DNA of 33,187 bases from a virus (taxonomy: Duplodnaviria > Caudoviricetes): IMG/VR virus record IMGVR_UViG_3300030606_000033, positions 1 to 33,187 of that record; one strand, given 5' to 3'. Shown piece after piece: positions 6,804 through 14,183 of the stretch. The translations under genes were made by a program, and so were the position numbers. The notes beneath the pieces were generated by a model that searched no databases, was not told the origin of the DNA, and worked only from the letters and a program-made list of their open reading frames with translations. The first letter of the stretch is position 1, and each line of letters opens with the position of its first letter.

Positions 6804-8822
6804 ATGCAAATCGCTTTAGCCGACATCCGCCCTGGGCGCTTCCAGCCCCGGCAGAATTTCGATGAAGAAAAAATGGTGGGCTTGGCCCAATCCATCCGGG
6901 ACCAGGGGTTGATCAACGCGATCATCGTCTTCAAAAACGAAGACGGCGAGCATGAACTGATTGCCGGCGAACGCCGCTGGCGTGCCACCATCGCCCTGGC
7001 CCTGGCCAACAAGGGCGAACTGGAGATGAGCCTGGACACGGCCGTCAAAATCGTTTGCCGGAGCGAGCCGGCTAAATTGATCCAGGATTACTTTTTTCTC
7101 ATAGCCCATACCATCAAGGCCGAGCTGGCTGACAACCCCGACGACCTGAGCCACCTGCACCGGGTGAGCATTGTCGATAACATCCAACGCGACGACCTGT
7201 CGCCGGTCGAGGTCGGCCAGGCCCTACACGATCTCAAGCAGGAATACGGTTACTCGATCCGCAAACTGGCCGACGTCGTCGGCCAGTCCAAAAGCTGGGT
7301 CGAGGATCGCCTAAAAATGACCGACCTGGTCCCCGAAGTGGCCGAGATGGTCGCCGGCGGCAACGGCGCCGGTCCGCAACTCGATATCACCCTGGCCCGC
7401 GAGCTGGCCCGCAAAATCCCGGCCGCCTTACAACCGTTCATTGCTGAGCACGTGCGGAGTGAGGTCGCCAGGGGTAAAAATACCAACGAACTAAAGCGAC
7501 TCATCGGCGATATCGCCCGCTTCGTGGATCCCAACCGTTGGTCTCTATCCAACGATTTCGATCTACCCTATAACCCCGTTGTGTACAACCGCGCCCGCCT
7601 GATCCGCACGCTGCTGAACGTGACCCCGCCGGACCAACTGGCCCGGGGGTTACTCGACTTAAAGGGTGACGGTAGTTACTACTCGACAAACTACCTCTCC
7701 AAAAAGGTTAGCGGGGTTCTGGGGAGTAGTTATGATGTTTCACATATCACGCAAAAATTGACGGGCGAAAAGGACCCCTGGCAAGATCAGGCCCAGGTCC
7801 AGGGCTGGGCCTGCGACCGATGTACCCTGAACCCCCTGGTCGATGTCCTCGACCAGCGGCAGGATTTGCTTGATACCAACGCCCCCTGCCGGAAAATTGC
7901 CCGCTTTTCCTCTCCGGAGAACGAGAACATCACTACCTGTCAGCACTTCATCGGACCGGAGGACTCGGAGGACCTGGTTGCTATCGTCGTGCCGTACAAT
8001 ATCCACTCTTGCCTCGACGAGACCAGCGGCAGCACGCTGCTCAAACGCCCGCTCAACGGCGAGGACGCCTGTTACGTCACCTCCTGGCAGGACTACGCCC
8101 ATGTCTACAACCAGGCCCGCATCCGGCGCGCCCAGGCCGCCCAGGAAAAAGAGGAACAGCAGCAGGTTCAACACCTGACGCCGATTGCGCAGTACTGGCA
8201 AGCGCAGCTCGATGGCCACCTCGGAACCTTCCGCAGCCAACTCGACATCCACCACTTTCAGGCCCACGCCTGTCACAAGTGCAAGCACTTTCTCCCCTCT
8301 CCCGATGGGAGAGGGGCCGGGGGTGAGGGTGAGGGCGCCACCCCCTGCCGCTTCGCCGAGCGCCCCCTCAAAAGCCGTTTTACCGATGGCCCCCGCGCCC
8401 CGGTTTTCGGCATCCTGGATCACCCGGACGGCTTCAGCGTCCCTCGCTGCGAAAAGTTCCAGGTCCGCAACCTGCCCGACAACATTCAGCCGCTCGATGG
8501 CATCCAGATCGGCTCAGACAACCGGCCCCTAATCCTGGACTGGTTCAAGCTCCTCAAAAAGACAGCCTCAAACTATTACGAGGATCAAAAATTGCTTTGG
8601 GGGGTGCTGGCCTGGCTGCCTCAGCAGGATCTGGAGAAACTCTGGGACCAGGTTGGCGACGATGGCATCATGATGGCCATCCTTCAAACCGGCGTCCAGG
8701 ACATTCAAAGTCTCAAATCCTACAGCGGTCCGGTATCTCTGCTCGATCCCACCACCGGCCAACTGACCACCTGGACCGCCCATCGTTGGCCCCAAGAAAG
8801 CGAGGTCTCCGATGACGCATAA
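6804..8822 (+). CDS. Large ParB/RepB/Spo0J-family protein with Cys-rich C-terminal extension
   Basis: FQPRQNF, LAQSIRDQGLINAI, LIAGERRWRA, NIQRDDLSPVE and an HTH, then ~450 aa containing two Cys clusters. Confidence 0.85.
   Translation: MQIALADIRPGRFQPRQNFDEEKMVGLAQSIRDQGLINAIIVFKNEDGEHELIAGERRWRATIALALANKGELEMSLDTAVKIVCRSEPAKLIQDYFFLIAHTIKAELADNPDDLSHLHRVSIVDNIQRDDLSPVEVGQALHDLKQEYGYSIRKLADVVGQSKSWVEDRLKMTDLVPEVAEMVAGGNGAGPQLDITLARELARKIPAALQPFIAEHVRSEVARGKNTNELKRLIGDIARFVDPNRWSLSNDFDLPYNPVVYNRARLIRTLLNVTPPDQLARGLLDLKGDGSYYSTNYLSKKVSGVLGSSYDVSHITQKLTGEKDPWQDQAQVQGWACDRCTLNPLVDVLDQRQDLLDTNAPCRKIARFSSPENENITTCQHFIGPEDSEDLVAIVVPYNIHSCLDETSGSTLLKRPLNGEDACYVTSWQDYAHVYNQARIRRAQAAQEKEEQQQVQHLTPIAQYWQAQLDGHLGTFRSQLDIHHFQAHACHKCKHFLPSPDGRGAGGEGEGATPCRFAERPLKSRFTDGPRAPVFGILDHPDGFSVPRCEKFQVRNLPDNIQPLDGIQIGSDNRPLILDWFKLLKKTASNYYEDQKLLWGVLAWLPQQDLEKLWDQVGDDGIMMAILQTGVQDIQSLKSYSGPVSLLDPTTGQLTTWTAHRWPQESEVSDDA
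8294..8335. repeat. REP-like palindrome lying in frame within the ParB gene
   Basis: CCCCTCTCCC-GAT-GGGAGAGGGG-CCGGGGGTGAGGG, encoding PSPDGRGAGGEG. Confidence 0.65.
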
Positions 8823-9552
8823 ACTCATTTCAACCATCGCCGCCGCCCTGGTCAGTCTATTGGCCCTGCTGGCGTTTGTCCTGAGCTATAGCTCGTTACA
8901 GCACATGGCCGCCGTGCATGGCGTCGGTCCGTGGCTGTCCTACCTGTGGCCGCTGCTGCTGGACTTTGCAATGATCGTCTTTTCGCTGGCGATTCTGCGA
9001 GCGAATCTGAGACAGGAATCGGCCCGCTATCCCTGGACCCTGGCGATTGCCTTTGCTGGCCTGGCCACCGCTGGCAACGTGTTAGACATCGAAGCCATGG
9101 CTGCCGCCCTGGGTATTCCACCAATCATCATTGCCGCCGCCGTCAAGGCCCTGGCTCCGGTCGCGCTGGTGCTGGCGTTTGAGCTACTCATGTCGATGCT
9201 CAAAGCGGAAATAAAGCGCGCTGATGTGACCGCCAGTATTAACGACCTGGCCGACCAGCGCGACACCCTGACCGGCACAATTGCCGATCTGGAGACCGAA
9301 GCCGGCACGCTGGCCGGGAAAGTGGGCGCCCTGCGGGCGGAACTGGGCGCGCTGCGGAAGGAAAAGAAGCAGACCTATACCGGCGCCAGTGACGAAACCA
9401 AGGCCGAAGCGGCGGAAATCGTGCGGAACGTTCCGCACATTTCGGGCGCTGAACTGGGCCGGCGGCTCGGTAAGTCGGAACGATTAGGCCGCCGTCTGAA
9501 AAAGGAACTGGAGCCAGTCGTCAACCATAATGGAGCCAACCATGCTGACTAA
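8812..9552 (+). CDS. DUF2637/SpdB2-like membrane protein (4 TM, coiled coil, C-terminal HTH)
   Basis: AFVLSYSSLQHMAAVHG..LWPLLLD signature; four hydrophobic segments; heptad region; ISGAELGRRLGKSER. Confidence 0.8.
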   Translation: MTHKLISTIAAALVSLLALLAFVLSYSSLQHMAAVHGVGPWLSYLWPLLLDFAMIVFSLAILRANLRQESARYPWTLAIAFAGLATAGNVLDIEAMAAALGIPPIIIAAAVKALAPVALVLAFELLMSMLKAEIKRADVTASINDLADQRDTLTGTIADLETEAGTLAGKVGALRAELGALRKEKKQTYTGASDETKAEAAEIVRNVPHISGAELGRRLGKSERLGRRLKKELEPVVNHNGANHAD

Positions 9553-9757
9553 TTCAAACGCCACCGCCACCATCGACCAATCGGTTAACCTGCCGGACTA
9601 CTTCTCATGCCGGCAATGCACAGTTTGGGATTACGGCGGCCGCCTGTGTGACCGGATGCAGCAGGCCGGCCGCTGCCGGGCTGCTGCGCTGGGGCGGGCG
9701 CTCGATGCCGGACACATCCAGATTACTTTGCACTTACCTGCGGAGGCCCGCCGATGA
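9542..9757 (+). CDS. Small four-Cys protein
   Basis: GGAG RBS before ATG 9542; CRQC..C..C; coupled to neighbours on both sides. Confidence 0.6.
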   Translation: MLTNSNATATIDQSVNLPDYFSCRQCTVWDYGGRLCDRMQQAGRCRAAALGRALDAGHIQITLHLPAEARR

Positions 9758-10047
9758 ATGCAACAATTGTCTACCATCCGGCCTGGCAGCGAACCACCTG
9801 GTCGCCGCCCGCCCGGCCCGGTCCCGACTCGGATATCCGCCCGCTGCCGGCGCCGCTCACGTGGCTGGCGCTCGCGCTGGCCGTTGCTATCGCCGGCGTG
9901 GCCCTGGGCCAGTTGCTGATCGGGGCTGGCCTGATCGTCGCGCCCCTGGGCTACCTGGTGGGGGCCGTAGCCAGCTCGGCCGGTTTGGGGATCGCTTCAG
10001 GAATGCTTGGAAGTGAGGTTTTGGTATGGCTCGTCGATTTACCCTGA
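9754..10047 (+). CDS. Small Gly/Ala-rich membrane protein (Spd-like)
   Basis: GGAGG RBS and ATGA overlap; long hydrophobic stretch with GxxxG-type motifs. Confidence 0.7.
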   Translation: MNATIVYHPAWQRTTWSPPARPGPDSDIRPLPAPLTWLALALAVAIAGVALGQLLIGAGLIVAPLGYLVGAVASSAGLGIASGMLGSEVLVWLVDLP

Positions 10048-11321
10048 GTTTTGTTATCTTGCCCTTTGGCTTGCTGGCGTGCGCCGCCCTGGGCGTCATG
10101 TTCTATGTCCCACGTGTTGAGTTGACCAGCGGCTTTCGGTCCATCTTCGGCACGTTCGCGACGACGGCAACCGCTGTTATCATTCTGGCCGGGATTCTGT
10201 TCGCCCTGGCCGGGGTCGTGGGCTTTCTGTGGCTCTTGAGTTGGTTCGCAGAGGCCCGCGCCGTGGTCGTCGCCGACCGGCAGCGCCGGCAGGCCCTGGC
10301 TGACCGCGAGTCCGCCGAAGCGCTGCGGGCGCATCGTGAGGCTAATTCTGTGATAACGGTCGCACCACCTGGCCACCAGGTCTACCTAACCGAGATCCGG
10401 GCCGATACATTGACCCGGCCCTTGCACCTGAGTCCCGGCCCGGTCAACGGCGCGCCGGCCGATATCACGCCCGACGAGGCCGCCCGGTGGCAGTTACATA
10501 CCCTGGCAAATGCGCCGGGCCGGGGCCGGGTCGAAGGGCCGCCTGTTCACCCAATGATCGAGGCCGGACCGCGCCCGCTTCTGGACATCTTGCGACCGGC
10601 GGAGCGTGTGCTAATCATCGGACCCAGCAAGGCCGGCAAGACGACCTTGCTTCACTGGCTTATTGAGGAACGCCGGCAAACCTCGGACGTGATAACGATT
10701 GATCCTCACGGCGAGCCGCCCAAGTGGGGCGACGTTTCGAGCGTCGGGGCCGGGCGCGATTACGACCGAATCGAGCAGACCTTGAACACGCTGCTTTTTG
10801 AAATGGATCGACGATACACCCGCCGCGGCCGGGGTGATCTGGACTTTAACCCGCTGACGATCATCATCGATGAATGGCGGGCTATTGTGCAAAACATAGG
10901 CGCCGCCGGCGCGATGCTGGGCGCGCTGCTAACCGAGGCCCGGAAAGCTCAAATGTATCTGATCGTGGGGAGTCACAGTGACCGGGTTAAGGCGTTGGGC
11001 ATCGACGGCGAGGGCGACCTGCGGGCTGGGTTTACTGTTTGCCGGCTGAGTTATGACCAGAGCACCGGCCGGCGCCGGGCCGTCATCGATGACACAGAAT
11101 ACCAATTGCCCGGCCCGTACGATCGGCCCAAACGAACGCCGGACCCGGCCTCGATTGCGCTGCCGCCGCCCATGACGACTGAGGAAAAGAGAATCGTCGA
11201 ATTGATCGTGGCTGGCCTGACAAAGTACCAAATCTGTAGAGAGATTTGGGACGGTCGCCGGGGCCGCAACTATGAAACCATCGCCGCCGTCGCCGCCAAA
11301 TTCGGCCTGCAGGTGGCGTAA
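10026..11321 (+). CDS. Membrane-anchored FtsK/HerA (TraB-like) ATPase with C-terminal HTH
   Basis: Two N-terminal TMs; Walker A GPSKAGKT; IDPH; EMDRRY; Walker B IIIDEW; EARKAQMYLIVGSH; C-terminal GLTKYQICREIW. Confidence 0.85.
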   Translation: MARRFTLSFVILPFGLLACAALGVMFYVPRVELTSGFRSIFGTFATTATAVIILAGILFALAGVVGFLWLLSWFAEARAVVVADRQRRQALADRESAEALRAHREANSVITVAPPGHQVYLTEIRADTLTRPLHLSPGPVNGAPADITPDEAARWQLHTLANAPGRGRVEGPPVHPMIEAGPRPLLDILRPAERVLIIGPSKAGKTTLLHWLIEERRQTSDVITIDPHGEPPKWGDVSSVGAGRDYDRIEQTLNTLLFEMDRRYTRRGRGDLDFNPLTIIIDEWRAIVQNIGAAGAMLGALLTEARKAQMYLIVGSHSDRVKALGIDGEGDLRAGFTVCRLSYDQSTGRRRAVIDDTEYQLPGPYDRPKRTPDPASIALPPPMTTEEKRIVELIVAGLTKYQICREIWDGRRGRNYETIAAVAAKFGLQVA

Positions 11322-11395
11322 CAGAGCGTTCCGGGGACGTTACGGGGTAGTTACGGCACTTCCTCAAGGGGGAAAAACGTAACGCCTGGGAACGC
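11317..11395. repeat. 11-bp direct repeats (GTT(A/C)CGG core) plus inverted copies; putative translocase-binding (clt-like) site
   Basis: gcgttccgggg acgttacgggg tagttacggca, with inverted arm cgtaacgcctgggaacgc at 11378-11395. Confidence 0.6.
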
Positions 11396-11430
11396 CATTT
11401 CGATGCGTCTAAATCTGTCGAAATGGCAAG

Positions 11431-11452
11431 GTGGCTATATAGTGGCTATATA
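11431..11452 (+). promoter_or_regulatory. Tandem 11-bp repeat GTGGCTATATA x2 in a probable promoter
   Basis: Perfect direct repeat containing a TATAGT -10-like hexamer, upstream of the 11494 ORF and the integrase. Confidence 0.5.
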
Positions 11453-11493
11453 GAAGGCAAGCATACCTAACTCGCCAGGGTGGAGGATCGAAA

Positions 11494-11709
11494 ATGAGTA
11501 ACAAATTGCAGCAAGCGTGGGATGAATATAATGAATTTGTTTCTGAAGCTCGTGAGCTTGAAAACCAAATAAATGCCATAGAGGAGCATGGGGTTTCTGA
11601 CCCTGAATACTTGGCTGACCTGTACTCACGTTATATTGACGTGAACCAGGAAATTGACAATATCTTGACCTGGATATTCCATAACACCCCATGGGCTAAC
11701 CAGAGTTAA
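11494..11709 (+). CDS. Small acidic helical protein (lower GC)
   Basis: GGAGG RBS; 71 aa, D/E-rich, coiled-coil pattern. Confidence 0.75.
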   Translation: MSNKLQQAWDEYNEFVSEARELENQINAIEEHGVSDPEYLADLYSRYIDVNQEIDNILTWIFHNTPWANQS

Positions 11710-11719
11710 ACTTCACAAC

Positions 11720-12901
11720 GTGAACGTGGTCATCTACACCCGCGTCAGCAGCCAGGAGCAGGTCAGCGGCTACTCGCTCGATGCCCAGGAGAACGCCTGC
11801 CGGCAGTGGGCCGCCGAGCAGGGCTACGAGATCACCAGGGTCTACGTCGAGCCCGGCCAATCGGCCCGAACCGACCAGCGGCCGGCCTTCCAAAAAATGA
11901 TCCAGATGGTCAAGCTCGGCATCGCCGACGCGATCTTGATCCACAAATCGGACCGCATCGCGCGCAACCTGCTGGATCTGCTGAGCTATCGCAGTCAACT
12001 GGAACAGGCCGGCAAACGCATCCTCTCGGCCACCGAGCCATTCCTGAACGACGACAGCCCTGAGAACCGGATGGTCACCGGCATCATCGGCTCGGTCAAC
12101 GAATTCTACTCGGCCAACCTGAGCCGCGAGGTCATCAAGGGCCAGTTACAAAAAGCCAAGTCCGGTAGCTTCCCCGGCGGCAAACTGCCCCTGGGCTACC
12201 GCCGCAACGATGACAAACAGATCGTCATCGATGATACGTCTGCCGAAGTGGCTCACCATGCCTTTCAGGAGTTTGCCCAGGGCCACCATACCCTAAAAAC
12301 CTGGACCGCTGCCGCTCGGGAGCGCGGCTATCGCAACCCCAGGGGTAACCCGATCAGCGACCAGAGCTGGCAAAAGATCTTTCGCAACCCATTTTACATC
12401 GGTCAATTCCGCTGGGGCGACGATCTCTATGACGGGGACCATCCACCACTCACCACCAAAGAAACATTCGTCGAGGTGCAAGTGCTCCTCGATGAGCACG
12501 GCGGCGGGGGCGGCGCAAAAAACCGTCACTTTTGGCTACTGGCCGGGCTGCTCTGGTCGGCCAAATACCACAAAAAAATGACCGGCAGCCTGGCCAAGGG
12601 AAAATATCCCTACTACCGCGCCGCCGGGCCTGGCCCGGAGCATACCGTCCGGGCCGAAGATGTTGAGAGCCGCGTCGTGGCGCTGCTCGACAAAATCACC
12701 GGCTACAGCCCACGAGCAAGGGAAAGTTGGCGGCTCGCCATGCAGGTCGCCCCATCCACGGCCGTCATATGGCCCCTCCTCTCCGCCAACGAGGAACGCA
12801 AAGATTTTTTGAATTTAATTTTTCCGGCAGTGGGTATCATTATCGCCCCGGGCGGGGCGATCAGCAGGTTTGATCTACGTGAAGGGTTTGAGACGGCGTA
12901 G
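11720..12901 (+). CDS. Large serine recombinase (integrase)
   Basis: YTRVSSQEQ (catalytic Ser), RPAFQKM, DRIARN, PLGY and IFRNPFYIG recombinase-domain motifs. Confidence 0.92.
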   Translation: MNVVIYTRVSSQEQVSGYSLDAQENACRQWAAEQGYEITRVYVEPGQSARTDQRPAFQKMIQMVKLGIADAILIHKSDRIARNLLDLLSYRSQLEQAGKRILSATEPFLNDDSPENRMVTGIIGSVNEFYSANLSREVIKGQLQKAKSGSFPGGKLPLGYRRNDDKQIVIDDTSAEVAHHAFQEFAQGHHTLKTWTAAARERGYRNPRGNPISDQSWQKIFRNPFYIGQFRWGDDLYDGDHPPLTTKETFVEVQVLLDEHGGGGGAKNRHFWLLAGLLWSAKYHKKMTGSLAKGKYPYYRAAGPGPEHTVRAEDVESRVVALLDKITGYSPRARESWRLAMQVAPSTAVIWPLLSANEERKDFLNLIFPAVGIIIAPGGAISRFDLREGFETA

Positions 12902-12927
12902 GGTTCGAATCCCCTTACCCGCTTCAA
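12888..12927 (+). other. Putative attP containing the 3' end of a tRNA-Gly
   Basis: GGG-TTCGAAT-CCCCT-TACCCGC-T is a T-arm plus acceptor 3' strand. It overlaps the integrase stop, has 11/16 inverted arms, and no tRNA 5' half is present. Confidence 0.75.
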
Positions 12928-13067
12928 GTTCCATGCAAACTTTCGATCGCCGGCATTTGGTAGACAGAGCGCGCCTGGATCACTGTGTGAGCAGATCCGA
13001 CAGCCTGGCCGCATCCCCCTAGCCCCCTCTTGCGCAGCAGGCCGGCCTCTGCTTCTTTCTCTTCCCT

Positions 13068-14180
13068 TTATAACCTCGCGTCTGCAAGTAGCCAAGGTGT
13101 GCCGATTTGGTTTGTCGAGACAGAGGCAAACGATCCTGCCGTCCGACCGGAGAACCCGTCAACCGATACGTTGAACGCGTACTCGTTGGCGACAGATGAT
13201 GTTATAGAGGAACCGGACCCCGTTGGAGCAGACACTGCCCCGGTGCTAGTTAGTATCTGGATAAATGTCGGCGACGTGTCCAACAACGACAGGGCGGGTG
13301 CTGTTCTCATCTGTACCTTGAATAATCCATATATGAGGGCTGTGGTGTCACTAAGCCAAGTTCCTCCAAACCCGAGGAAGTCCAACACCGTCACAAACTG
13401 ACCCACCCGCCTCTTCTCCACCTCAAGCAACGGCGCACTAAACTCCGTCGCAACCGCCGACCTCTCAAGCTTGGCTCGCGACAGATCGAAATCATCCCCG
13501 CTGTCCCCCTCGTCCGAGTTCCACACAAAAACCGCAATGTTGTTTATGTTGGGGTCATCCAGCAGGACTCCCTCAACCGTCAAAACAACCTCAGACGTGC
13601 CGGGGATGTCATCCGATACTCCTAGGTACTCCCAACCGGCAGCCAGTGTCGGGTTATTGGGCGAGGTGGCCCACGCCGATACGACATCGCTCGTCAGGGC
13701 GTTGGCCGATCCGCTCCAACCCAGGATCGCTACCCGGAAGTTCGTTGCTACGGCAAAGTTGGCTTGCAGTTCGATTTGAAATGAGAGTGTCTTGCCTTGC
13801 AGGACTCCCGTGTCAGACGCCAGCAGGAACTGTAAAAAACCTGCCTGTGTGTTGTCCTGGTCGATGGCGCAGGTTATTGCCGCTAACCCGTCTGTATCAA
13901 AACTCTTACTGACATCCGGCGGGTTGCCGTTGTGGATACAGTTCCACAGCCCCGCCACGTAAGTATCATCAGCGATGTCGTTGAACGTGTCTCCCTCCAG
14001 CCAGGTGTCGTGAGAGAGAGACTGGTACAGCAGGTTTGGCGGGGCGGGCTGGCTCTGGACAACGGTCTCTATCGCCACCACCGCGTCCTGCAGGTCGTTG
14101 ATGTGTGCCGCCTCTACATCGTCAACGTTATCTACCTTGGTTGAGTAGCTATCGATTGAGGTCGGAAAGTTGGTGCTCAT
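13068..14180 (-). CDS. Tail fibre / receptor-binding protein
   Basis: Last tail gene. N-terminal FPTSID...AAHINDLQDAVVAIE anchor, CBM-like middle region, KLERSAVATEF and FKVQMRTAP fibre motifs. Confidence 0.7.
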   Translation of the reverse strand: MSTNFPTSIDSYSTKVDNVDDVEAAHINDLQDAVVAIETVVQSQPAPPNLLYQSLSHDTWLEGDTFNDIADDTYVAGLWNCIHNGNPPDVSKSFDTDGLAAITCAIDQDNTQAGFLQFLLASDTGVLQGKTLSFQIELQANFAVATNFRVAILGWSGSANALTSDVVSAWATSPNNPTLAAGWEYLGVSDDIPGTSEVVLTVEGVLLDDPNINNIAVFVWNSDEGDSGDDFDLSRAKLERSAVATEFSAPLLEVEKRRVGQFVTVLDFLGFGGTWLSDTTALIYGLFKVQMRTAPALSLLDTSPTFIQILTSTGAVSAPTGSGSSITSSVANEYAFNVSVDGFSGRTAGSFASVSTNQIGTPWLLADARL

Positions 14181-14183
14181 TAG

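Noticed and set aside
10026-11321. VirD4/T4SS conjugation system
   Set aside because: No relaxase, VirB4 or other mating-pair genes are present, and the motifs fit FtsK/TraB better.
12850-12930. Complete tRNA gene
   Set aside because: Only the T-loop and acceptor 3' strand are present; the upstream sequence is integrase coding with no D or anticodon arm.
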